Assembly (NCBI GenBank): GCA_965250285.1
Contig: OZ252299.1
Location: forward strand, 5,792,001 to 5,856,000
Source: Myxococcota bacterium
GTDB taxonomy: Bacteria; Myxococcota_A; UBA9160; UBA4427
Direction of reading: 5' to 3'
Length of the DNA stretch: 64,000 bases
Position 1 is the stretch's first letter. The number at the start of each line of letters is the position of its first letter. This document shows positions 1 to 8,341 of this stretch, in pieces. The notes under the pieces were generated by a model that worked only from the letters and a program-made list of their open reading frames with translations, was not told the DNA's origin and did no database searches. A program made the translations under genes and the position numbers.

Positions 1-489
1 CGGCGGGACGCCGGCGCCGACGCGCACCGTCGACGCGCCCGCGACGGGTGATTGCTGGTCGCAGCCACACGGGCAGGCCGGGAGGAGGAAGATCAGGCGG
101 CCCTCGAAGGGCGCGGGCTCGCTCGCACTGGGCGCGGATGAACCGTGGCACGGCTTCGGGGGCGCGGCCGCGGTCTCGGTCGAGCGCGACGTCGGCGTGT
201 GTGCGGTGTGCGCCGCGTGCGCACCATGGCCCCCGTGCCCGGCGTGCCCGGCGTGCCCGGCGTGCCCGGCGTGCCCGGCGTGCCCGGCGTGCCCGGCGTG
301 TGCCGCGTGCCCGGCGGCCCCGCCCGAAGGGGCAGGCTGCCGCGCGAGGGTCAGCAGCGTCTCGGCGCTGGCCACCGACATGGCGATGCGCTCGGGGCTC
401 TCGGCCACCCGCGGCGTGCACGGCAGCGCCGCGACCCAGATGTGGGCCACGACGACGAGCAGGCTGGCGGCGCGACGCGGGCTGAACAT
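1..489 (-). CDS. His-rich putative exported/leader protein, DUF2946-like (3' end runs off the window)
   Basis: Translated by hand from ATG at 489: MFSPRRAASLLVVVAHIWVAALPC...GHAAH(AGH)7GGHGAHAAH...LPACPCGCDQ...; open to position 1. Hydrophobic N-terminus, His-rich centre, CPCGC motif. Absent from the ORF track because it has no stop in the window. Confidence 0.7.
   Translation of the reverse strand, partial: MFSPRRAASLLVVVAHIWVAALPCTPRVAESPERIAMSVASAETLLTLARQPAPSGGAAGHAAHAGHAGHAGHAGHAGHAGHAGHGGHGAHAAHTAHTPTSRSTETAAAPPKPCHGSSAPSASEPAPFEGRLIFLLPACPCGCDQQSPVAGASTVRVGAGVPP
235..297. repeat. 9-bp tandem repeat (GTGCCCGGC)x7, encoding (Ala-Gly-His)7 on the minus strand
   Basis: Seven perfect copies visible directly. 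Confidence 0.95.
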
Positions 490-657
490 GATCGGGAGAG
501 GCTACCAGGGCCGGCCCGGCTGCTCCCGCCACAATTCGAGGCAAGCGTGCGGTCGAACGGCGGGCGGGCGCGGTCGCGCTCGTGGCGCGCGGGGACCCCA
601 GCTGCCGCCGGAATTCGGCGAGCGCGCGCCTCGCGAAGCTCTTGGGCCGCGCCCTGC

Positions 658-2904
658 CTAGAACTTGACGTTCATCCCAACGCGAAAGTCGCGACCCGGC
701 AGCGGGGCCAGATCCTTGAGGACCGACGAGTGACTCCGCGCTTCCTGGTCGGCGAGGTTGCGCGCGTTCATGAAGACCGTGAGTCGATCCTCGCCCCCGA
801 TCGGGCGCACCTCGAGGCTCAGGTTGACCATCACGTAGCCGTCGGTGGGCAGCTCACCCGGGGCGACGCGATCCTGCTCGCGCACCCACTGCGTATCGAA
901 GTGCAGGTCGGCGAAGCGGCTGCCGATCTCGAGGCCACCCAGGATCCGAAGCGGCGGGATCTGAGGGAGGTTCTCGCTGCCGTTCTTCAGCGCGCCGCGC
1001 ACGTAGTCGAACACGCCGTCGAGGCCCACGCTCCAGTCGTCGCGCTCCCACACGGTGAAGTGCACGTCGACCTCGGTGCCGTAGAACTCCGCGTCGTTGG
1101 CCACGTACTGGAAGACCGGCAGATCGTCGTCGACGGCGCCCGTCGGCATGCGATACACGAAGTCGTCATAGGCCGTGTAGAAGAGGCCGATGCCGCCGCT
1201 CACCCGACCGCCCTGGCGGCGGATCGCGAGCTCGACGCCCTTGCCGACCTCCTTGCCGAGCGTCGGATCGCCGATGTCGAAGCTCTGGGTGGCGAGGTGC
1301 GGGCCACCCGAGTAGAGCTCGACGCTCTGGGGCAGACGCTCGTTGCGGTAGCCCGTGATGCCGACCATGTAGTCGGAGTGAAACTGCCAGCCGAGACCGG
1401 CCGAGATGCTCACGCCGTTGAAGGTGCGGTCGGGGTTCTGCGTGGCGTCGATGTGCTGGTATTCGTACCGGAGGCCGACGTCGATGCCGAGCCCTTCTAC
1501 CCACTGGTCGAGGGCGACCTGTTCGAGCGCGAAGAGTCCGAAGTTGTTGGTCGTCGCCGGCGGAACGAACGCTTCTTCACCCACGGCGCCGAACTGGCTG
1601 TTCGTCACCTGGAAGCCGACGGCGCCGTCGAGCAGCCCCCACTCGACCTGGCCCATCTCGAGGCGCATGTCGAAGCCGTCGTTGTTGAAGACCGTGCCGA
1701 CCTCGCTGCCCTCGAGCTCGGTGTGTTCGTAGCGGCTGTAGCCGAACTGGAACTTCGTCTCGTCGAAGATCACGAGGTCGGTCTCGGCGAAGGCTTCGAG
1801 GTCGACGCGCCAGCGCTTCAAGTCAATGCGCACCGGCGGCTCGGGCTCGGCCGGCGGCGGATCCTCTTCGTGCTCATGGCCGGGGACGCCGTAGTCCGAC
1901 GCATACCAGCCGGCCGACACACCCACGTAGCCCCAATCCTGGAGCCACGACACGCCGCCGCCCGCACCCTGGGTCGACAGGTCGCTGTTGTCGACCTTGC
2001 CCTCGGGCGGGCCATCCCGGGTCTCGCCTTCGGCCTCGAGCAGCCGATCGCTCTCGGCGTAGCCGGGGATCTCGTAGTCGTCCTGGGCTCGGCCGAAGCC
2101 GTCGACGTGTACGACGAAGTCACCGGTCGACTGCTCGACGAGACCGCCGCCCTCGCGCAGGTTGCCGTTCGATCCGTAGTCGGCGGTCGCCTCGACGCGG
2201 GTGCCGTCCTCGGGTGCCTGCTTGGCGATGCGGCCGGTCATGACGTTCACGACGCCGCCCGCAGCCGTGCTGCCGTAGAGCAGGGTCGCCGGGCCTCGAA
2301 TCACTTCGATGCGCTGCGCCGTGAGGGCTTCGGCGGTCGTTGCGTGGTCGGGGCTCTCGGCCGAAGCGTCGAGCGCGCGCAGACCGTCGTTCAGGATGTC
2401 GACGCGCACACCCTGCTGACCGCGCACGACCGGCCGGCTCGCGGCCGGTGAGAAGAAGTCGCTGTTGATCCCGGGCTCCATCGAGAGCGTCTGACCGATC
2501 GACGAGTTGCGCTTGCGCTCGAGCTCCTCGCCTTGCAGCACGCTCGTGCCCTGCAGCAGCGAAAAGCGGGTCCGCCCGAACGGCGCCGCCGTGACGACCA
2601 GCTCCTCGTAGTCGTCGTGGTGCAGGTGATCGCCGCGATGCGCGTCGTGATCGTGCTCGGCGCCGTCTTCGGCCGGTCCGGGATCCTGCGCCCAGTTCTC
2701 CTCGTCGGCGACGATCGTGTCTTCGGGCGGCGTCGGCGGGGCTTCGCCCTCGACCGGGACGTCTTCGACCGTGTCGAGTTCGGTTTCGACGACGATGTCT
2801 TGCGTCCAGGCCGCGGGCGCCAGCATCAGAAGCTGTGCGAGCGTGAAGATCGCGAGTCGTCGGGGGTGCCCAGATTTGCGCAGAGTGTGCTTTCGGTTGC
2901 TCAT
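658..2904 (-). CDS. TonB-dependent receptor, ZnuD-like (zinc/metal uptake)
   Basis: Signal peptide, TonB-box-like EELVVTA, plug motifs SRPVVRG and RIEVIRGPATLLYGS, His clusters (EHDHDAHRGDHLHH, GHEHEED), C-terminal PLPGRDFRVGMNVKF ending in Phe. Start placed at ATG 2904. Confidence 0.88.
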   Translation of the reverse strand: MSNRKHTLRKSGHPRRLAIFTLAQLLMLAPAAWTQDIVVETELDTVEDVPVEGEAPPTPPEDTIVADEENWAQDPGPAEDGAEHDHDAHRGDHLHHDDYEELVVTAAPFGRTRFSLLQGTSVLQGEELERKRNSSIGQTLSMEPGINSDFFSPAASRPVVRGQQGVRVDILNDGLRALDASAESPDHATTAEALTAQRIEVIRGPATLLYGSTAAGGVVNVMTGRIAKQAPEDGTRVEATADYGSNGNLREGGGLVEQSTGDFVVHVDGFGRAQDDYEIPGYAESDRLLEAEGETRDGPPEGKVDNSDLSTQGAGGGVSWLQDWGYVGVSAGWYASDYGVPGHEHEEDPPPAEPEPPVRIDLKRWRVDLEAFAETDLVIFDETKFQFGYSRYEHTELEGSEVGTVFNNDGFDMRLEMGQVEWGLLDGAVGFQVTNSQFGAVGEEAFVPPATTNNFGLFALEQVALDQWVEGLGIDVGLRYEYQHIDATQNPDRTFNGVSISAGLGWQFHSDYMVGITGYRNERLPQSVELYSGGPHLATQSFDIGDPTLGKEVGKGVELAIRRQGGRVSGGIGLFYTAYDDFVYRMPTGAVDDDLPVFQYVANDAEFYGTEVDVHFTVWERDDWSVGLDGVFDYVRGALKNGSENLPQIPPLRILGGLEIGSRFADLHFDTQWVREQDRVAPGELPTDGYVMVNLSLEVRPIGGEDRLTVFMNARNLADQEARSHSSVLKDLAPLPGRDFRVGMNVKF

Positions 2905-3032
2905 GAGGCGGCTATTGCTACCCGATGCGGAAATCCCGCGCAAACGCGATTCGGCATGCAAAATCGGGCTGCTAGGGTGTCGATTCCATCCCAAGTGAGC
3001 CGGCGCCGCCGGCGGCCTCAGGAGTTCGAAGC

Positions 3033-3527
3033 GTGGACATCGACTGGAAGGATCTCGAGGCAATCAAGCGCCTCAAGTACAAGTACATGCGCTGCATCGA
3101 CACCAAGCTCTGGGACGAGATCGGCGATCTCTTCACAGACGACTGCGAGGCGGCCTACAGCGGCGGCAAGTACGCGTACTCGGGGCGCGACGCCATCGTC
3201 GAGTTTCTGTCGGGCGCCATGGGGGCCGACGGCTTCCACTCGAGCCATCAGGTGAGTCAGCCCGAGATCGACCTCGTCGACGAGAACACCGCCACCGGCA
3301 TCTGGTCGCTACAGGACTGGGTGATCGACACGCGCTTCGAGATCACGATTCGCGGCGCGGCGTTCTACGAGGACGAGTATCGCCGGTGTGACGACGGCCA
3401 GTGGCGCATCTCGAAGACGGGCTACCAGCGCACGTACGAAGAGATGTACCCGCGCAAGTCGGTCGAGGGGCTGAAAGTCTCGGCGAGTCGCTGGCAGGGG
3501 GATGGGTCGAGCGAGATCGACGTGTAG
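3033..3527 (+). CDS. SnoaL-like/NTF2-family protein (BaiE/scytalone dehydratase-like)
   Basis: DLEAIKRLKYKYMRCIDTKLW, SSHQVSQPEI, ATGIWSLQD, YEDEY..WRI pattern; AGGAG upstream of GTG. Confidence 0.85.
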   Translation: MDIDWKDLEAIKRLKYKYMRCIDTKLWDEIGDLFTDDCEAAYSGGKYAYSGRDAIVEFLSGAMGADGFHSSHQVSQPEIDLVDENTATGIWSLQDWVIDTRFEITIRGAAFYEDEYRRCDDGQWRISKTGYQRTYEEMYPRKSVEGLKVSASRWQGDGSSEIDV

Positions 3528-3542
3528 GGTTGGGTGCAGGGG

Positions 3543-3677
3543 TCGCGTTTTCGGGGGTGGCGTCCTCAGACTTCGGCGGGCCCGCTTCACGCGTTCGGGG
3601 CGCTCTTGCTGGGTTCGGTGTTCGGGTGCTTGGGATGGCCCGCCTTCGACTTGCGGGCGCCACCCCCGAAAACGCGA
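3543..3677. mobile_element. 135-bp intergenic element with perfect 20-bp terminal inverted repeats (MITE/REP-like)
   Basis: TCGCGTTTTCGGGGGTGGCG (3543-3562) and its exact reverse complement (3658-3677); inner GGCGGGCC/GGCCCGCC pairing. Confidence 0.5.
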
Positions 3678-3723
3678 GCGTTGGTTGACGCCTGCGCGCG
3701 GTCTCGGGATTGAGTGAACGGGG

Positions 3724-3750
3724 CGGGGCGTGCTCTTTGAGCACGCCCCG
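3724..3750. terminator. Hairpin between convergent genes (likely bidirectional terminator)
   Basis: CGGGGCGTGCTC-TTT-GAGCACGCCCCG, perfect 12-bp stem. Confidence 0.65.
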
Positions 3751-3758
3751 TTCTGCGT

Positions 3759-6056
3759 TCAGCCTTCGTGGTGGGGCTCGAGCGGGGTCGCGGCCTGGGT
3801 GGAGGTTCGGGCGCGTTCGATGAAGATCGGGCTCGACCAGGCGCGTTGCTCGGTCTCGGCGAGACAGTCGTCGTTCGGATCCGAGTCGCCGTAACAGATG
3901 TCGACCGAGAGGCACTGGCCGAGCTCGTCGAACTCGCAGCGCAGGCCGTCGGCGTTGATCGCCAGGATCGGCGCCTCGATGGCGCGCACGTAGTAGAGCG
4001 CGTCACGACCCTCTGATTGGAAGTCGGCGTCGGTGAACGTGACCGCGCAGCCTTCGGGGTTCGGGTCGCACTCGTAGATGCGCCACGGGTCTTCGATGAG
4101 CGGCTCGACCGGCTCGCCCGCGACGATCTGAGGTCGGACCTTGACGATCTCGATGCGCGTGATCTGACGCCTTTCGTCGCTCGGGTGGTAGCACTCGCCC
4201 CGGCACAACCGCTCGGTCTCTTCGCTGCCGAGGGCGGTGAGCGAATCAGCGGGGCAGCCCGGCTTCTGCTCGAACGACCCGACGGCGCGCACCTGGAAGA
4301 TCGGATCCTCGTCGAGCGCGGCCTCGCCGCCCATGGCCACAGGCCGCCCCCGCGAGCCGGGCGCGTTCAAGAGATCGAACCACAGCAGGATACGGGGGCC
4401 GCTCGTGCCGTAGACCTCCTTGCGTTCCATCGCATCCCAGATCGCCTCTCGGTCGCGCCCTTCGCTGTGCACCGCCGTCAGTCCGCCGGTCAGAAAGAAC
4501 GACGAAGATCGCTCTGCCTCGCGCGCATTGAAGAAGCTGCCGGGGTTGTCGGGGTCGTAGGGCAACGATCGGGGCTCGGGGTCGACGACGAGCTCGCCGC
4601 GTAGGCCACCGAGGAACTTGCCGCCGGCCTGGGGCAGGCGCGCCTCGGTGTTCGACGTCCGGAACACCTCCTTGTAGCCGGTTCCCGGCCGTGCGAGGTG
4701 GTTGTCACTCGAGGCCATGAACCCGAAGTCGAAGCGGCGCGGCGAGTCGGGATCGTCGAAGTTGCGCAGCGCCATGATGTACTGCACCGAGCTCTTCGGG
4801 CGGTAGTTGAACGAAGGCTGGAAGCAGTCGCGGCACTGATCGCTGTCGAGCCAGTCTTCAGGCTTCACACCGGGAACGACCGAGTGACCGGGCAGACCCG
4901 CATCGACGAAGTGCTGACGAGCCGTGGCCGCGCGGTTCGCGCACTCTTCGGCACTCTCGCCGACCTCGAGACAGCGTGACTCGATGATGCGTCCGGCCTG
5001 CCAGCACGACGGCAGAAAGTCGTCACGCGGGGCGGGGCACGAACGGGTGCCGTCCGCGGCGATCTCGATCTCCTTCCAGTCGCGGTACTCCTCGCTGTTG
5101 CCGTGGCCCGAATAGACCTCGATCAGCTGCTGGCGATTCGGGTCGTGCATGTCGCCGACGAGCTGCTTGTCCCACGCCGACCCGCGAGGCGTGTAGAGCC
5201 CCCACGTCGTTCCGTGCGGGATCACCATGCTCTCGAAGCCCCAGTCGTCGAGCTTGGCGAAGAGGCCCGCCGGGTCGACGGTGCTCTCGAAGCAATCGCC
5301 CGGCAGGTCGCGCACCGGAACGTCCTCGTCGCAGGGGTTCTCGGTCAGCTGAATCAGGCCATCGAAGTACCGGATCAGATCGAACGTATCCTGGCTCGGG
5401 CGCACGACGCCGAGCAGACCCATGCCGAGGCGGCCCGGGTTGATCTGATCGGGGTCGCGGTCGGTCGCGTCCGGCGGCGTCGCGGCCGCGATCGGACGCG
5501 TGGGGATCTCGTCGTCGGCGAGGCCGCGGATGATCACGTTCTTGTGGCCGTAGTGATTGCCCGGATGCGTCCCCATCTGGGTCCACTCCCAGCCGAGGAA
5601 GGTCGTCATGTCGGGGTTCGCTGCATCGGTGACCGCATTGCACTGGCGGATCGCCTCGACGGTGTCGTCCCAGGCCGTCTCGGTGATCGCGATGGCGTGG
5701 TCGTTGATCGACCAGAAATCGAGACCCGAACAGTGCCGCGCGAAGTCACACGCGTCCGAGACGGGATGCGCGCCTTCGCCGCCGCCGGTCGGCAACGCCA
5801 TCATGAACGCGTCGAGGCTGTAGGTGCTGTGGACGTGCAGGTCGCCGAAGAGGATCTGCTTCGGGCGGGCCACGCCCATCTCGTCGGCGGCCGTCTCGAT
5901 GGCACCGGCCCGCTGGCCGAGCATCGCCGTCGTGATCGGCGTCTCGTTCGGCTCGCCGGCACCCCAGTCGTTGCCGAGGTTGCCGCTGCCGATGAACATC
6001 AGAACCAGCCAGGCCAGCACGAGCAGGCCCACCAGAACGAATGCGATGCGTCGCAT
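3759..6056 (-). CDS. DUF3604 domain protein (PHP-like metallohydrolase, membrane-anchored/exported)
   Basis: LFGDLHVHSTYSLDA, LDFWSINDH, GWEWT, FMASSDNH.ARPG, EVYGTSGPRI, YYVRAIE, RAWSSPIF motifs; N-terminal TM helix. Confidence 0.88.
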   Translation of the reverse strand: MRRIAFVLVGLLVLAWLVLMFIGSGNLGNDWGAGEPNETPITTAMLGQRAGAIETAADEMGVARPKQILFGDLHVHSTYSLDAFMMALPTGGGEGAHPVSDACDFARHCSGLDFWSINDHAIAITETAWDDTVEAIRQCNAVTDAANPDMTTFLGWEWTQMGTHPGNHYGHKNVIIRGLADDEIPTRPIAAATPPDATDRDPDQINPGRLGMGLLGVVRPSQDTFDLIRYFDGLIQLTENPCDEDVPVRDLPGDCFESTVDPAGLFAKLDDWGFESMVIPHGTTWGLYTPRGSAWDKQLVGDMHDPNRQQLIEVYSGHGNSEEYRDWKEIEIAADGTRSCPAPRDDFLPSCWQAGRIIESRCLEVGESAEECANRAATARQHFVDAGLPGHSVVPGVKPEDWLDSDQCRDCFQPSFNYRPKSSVQYIMALRNFDDPDSPRRFDFGFMASSDNHLARPGTGYKEVFRTSNTEARLPQAGGKFLGGLRGELVVDPEPRSLPYDPDNPGSFFNAREAERSSSFFLTGGLTAVHSEGRDREAIWDAMERKEVYGTSGPRILLWFDLLNAPGSRGRPVAMGGEAALDEDPIFQVRAVGSFEQKPGCPADSLTALGSEETERLCRGECYHPSDERRQITRIEIVKVRPQIVAGEPVEPLIEDPWRIYECDPNPEGCAVTFTDADFQSEGRDALYYVRAIEAPILAINADGLRCEFDELGQCLSVDICYGDSDPNDDCLAETEQRAWSSPIFIERARTSTQAATPLEPHHEG

Positions 6057-6112
6057 GCTTGACTCCCCTCACTTCACGTCGGCGCCGGTCCGCTCGATGC
6101 GCCGCCACTGAA

Positions 6113-7048
6113 TCAGTCGGTCGCGCCGCCCTCTTCGAGCCAGCGCGCGCAGTCGGGTTCGAGAACGCGTGCCTTCGCATCCTCGTAGAGCTTCAACTCT
6201 TCTTCGCTGAGCACGTCACGCCAGCGTCCGTTCGTGCCCTTGTGGAAGAACGTCTTCGAGCCGCCCGCGAAGAACTGCGGGCGCAGCGCGTTCGGGTCCT
6301 CCGACTCGGAAGCCTTTTTCTTCATGTTCGCGAACGTCGTGCGCTCGACCACCCGGGCGACCTTCGCGTCGTCGACGTCGATGCCGCCAAACTCGGCCAG
6401 CCGTCTCACCGCGCCTTCGTGATCGGCGAGCATGTCGGCGTAGTGCAGCAGCATGACGTTCGGCAGATGACGCCACGGCCAGTACGTCGCCGTGTGATGC
6501 AGATTCGACCAGAACGGGTAGCCCTCGCTCTCCCACTCGAACCAGCCGCGCGTCATCCACGCGCGCCACAGCTCGTGCACGTCGTCGGGGCAGGGGGGCA
6601 GCGGCGGGCCGAGTCGGTCGCCCCCGTTCAGCAGGTCGAACGCCAGCTCGGTGTAGGCGCCGTAGTGGTTCGCGAACGACATGAAGACGTCGCGTGGGTC
6701 GCGGCAGACGACGACGTAGTGCGCTTCGGGCCACCAGGGGAGGCCGTCGAAGGGGAGGTGGCTCTTGAAGAACCGTCGACCCTCGAGCGCTTCGCACGCC
6801 TTGGCCAGGTCTTCGCGCGATGAATGAAAACGCGCGTCGACCCATGGCGAGACGGTTCGTGTCTCGGGCATCGGATCGACGCCGTCGTTCAGCAACGCGT
6901 TGAAGATCTCCTGGGTCCAGGTCGTCCCCGACTTGTACGAGGTCGTGATGACGATGTCGCCGGCGCGCGGCTCGACCAGCTGCCAGCGCGTGCTGTCCAG
7001 GTGGTGGTTCTGGTAGACGTGGGTGGTCGTCGGTGTGGATTCGGCCAT
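6113..7048 (-). CDS. PAPS-dependent sulfotransferase (Sulfotransfer_1, aryl type)
   Basis: 5'-PSB SYKSGTTW, KSHLP, 3'-PB RDPRDVFMS, C-terminal FFHKGTNGRW. Confidence 0.92.
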   Translation of the reverse strand: MAESTPTTTHVYQNHHLDSTRWQLVEPRAGDIVITTSYKSGTTWTQEIFNALLNDGVDPMPETRTVSPWVDARFHSSREDLAKACEALEGRRFFKSHLPFDGLPWWPEAHYVVVCRDPRDVFMSFANHYGAYTELAFDLLNGGDRLGPPLPPCPDDVHELWRAWMTRGWFEWESEGYPFWSNLHHTATYWPWRHLPNVMLLHYADMLADHEGAVRRLAEFGGIDVDDAKVARVVERTTFANMKKKASESEDPNALRPQFFAGGSKTFFHKGTNGRWRDVLSEEELKLYEDAKARVLEPDCARWLEEGGATD

Positions 7049-7216
7049 CGGGGTTTCGACTTCGCGGAGCCCCAGACGCTAGCCGATCCACAGCGTCGAG
7101 CGTCGGCGCCGCCGGTGCTGAGTCGAGACCAACGCAGCGGCAAAAGAAAGAGGCCCGACGCGCCGTCGCCCTGCGAGGGCGGCCGGTGTGGCCATCGTTC
7201 TGGTCGAGGTTGAACG

Positions 7217-7245
7217 GGCGGGAGGCGACGGCGTCGCCTCCCGCC
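7217..7245 (-). terminator. Hairpin directly downstream of tetR
   Basis: GGCGGGAGGCGAC-GGC-GTCGCCTCCCGCC, 13-bp stem. A second hairpin with a T-rich tail on the minus strand lies near 7142-7193. Confidence 0.6.
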
Positions 7246-7248
7246 GGC

Positions 7249-7911
7249 TCACTGAATCGCCTCGCGCATCAGCGACCCGAAGGCCGTCTCGAGCGCGACC
7301 CGGACCTCGAAGTTCGAGAGGCCCTGCTGGATCTTGAGCCGGTTCCAGGCCTCGAACGACGAGAGCAGGTCGAGCGCCTCGAAGACGGCCGGCGGTGCGC
7401 CCTCGAGTTCGGGGAAGCAGGCAGGCAGGCGCGCGCGCAGCGCTTTGTTGTTCGCCTCGGCCTGCTTCTGCAGGAACTCGCTCTTGTCGTGATGCATCAC
7501 GGACGCGCGTCGAAACGACGCCATGCGCTCGAAGAGCTCGCAGCGTCTTTCGATGACCTCCTGGCATCGCTCTTCGAGCGTGCCCTCGGGCAGGGGCAGG
7601 TCGACGATGTCACGCAGCCCCTCGTAGACGCCCTGGTAGACCTCGGAGTAGAGCGCGTCCATGTCGCTGAAGTGTCGGAAGACGGTCCGGATCCCGACGC
7701 CGGCGGCGTCGGCCGCGCGCTCGGCCGTCGGCATGCGCTCATCACGCTCGATCAATCGGTGCACGGCATCGAGGATGGCTCTTCGGTTGCGTGCACCGCG
7801 CTCGCTTCGTCCGTCGCGGACGGGCTGGCTGCTTGGCTCGCTCGCGCCGGTGCTGCCAGGGGCGGCTGCACCGGCCTTCAGAGGTTGTGAGTCTCGGTCA
7901 CGGGAGTCCAT
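7249..7911 (-). CDS. TetR/AcrR family transcriptional regulator
   Basis: DGRSERGARNRRAILDA..AADAAGVGIRTVFRHF HTH. Confidence 0.9.
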   Translation of the reverse strand: MDSRDRDSQPLKAGAAAPGSTGASEPSSQPVRDGRSERGARNRRAILDAVHRLIERDERMPTAERAADAAGVGIRTVFRHFSDMDALYSEVYQGVYEGLRDIVDLPLPEGTLEERCQEVIERRCELFERMASFRRASVMHHDKSEFLQKQAEANNKALRARLPACFPELEGAPPAVFEALDLLSSFEAWNRLKIQQGLSNFEVRVALETAFGSLMREAIQ

Positions 7912-8341
7912 CGGAGTGGTCGACCTCCTGAGTTGAAGCGCTTCCGGTACGCCCGAGGCGTCGCGGTCAATTCGGAGCGCACGGGGTTGGGCATCGTGAT
8001 CGCGATGCGGCGGTCGGGCGAAGAACCGACACGGTGAGTCTCGATGGATGCGGCTCCATACGAGTCTCGAGTCGTCCCCACTCGGCCAACGCGGCCCGAA
8101 GCCTCACAGAAATTTCGCATGCACCCTGCGACTTCGCCAGCAATGCCCACGGGCGTGTCGACTTCATGTGACACATGTATCTGCTTCGATCGATCCCGCC
8201 TGCATCGACGACGGGGGGGAGTCCCTGCGGTCGCAACCGACCCATGCGTTTGGGAGCGCGTTTCAACGGCTCTGGCACGCGACTTCAGCCGTCTGCGCGC
8301 CGTTCTGCCGGTCTGGTCTCAGGAAGCTTAATCAGTCCCCC

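Noticed and set aside
197..661. Plus-strand ORF with (CPA)n resembling a metallothionein
   Set aside because: It is the in-register antisense of the His-rich minus-strand ORF, which has a proper signal-like N-terminus and follows the TonB gene's orientation
145..2451. 768-aa plus-strand ORF (and similar long ORFs at 15737-17326, 51113-53119, 58907-61315)
   Set aside because: Antisense shadows of well-supported genes; typical of high-GC DNA, with no family motifs
2935..2965. Zur/Fur box upstream of the TonB receptor
   Set aside because: Only weak partial symmetry; cannot be supported by eye
8165..8177. Palindrome CATGTG-A-CACATG upstream of tetR
   Set aside because: Short and about 250 bp from the start; not enough support for an operator call
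8273..8288. Sigma-54-like TGGCACG-N4-TTCA
   Set aside because: The -12 GC is missing and no plus-strand gene follows
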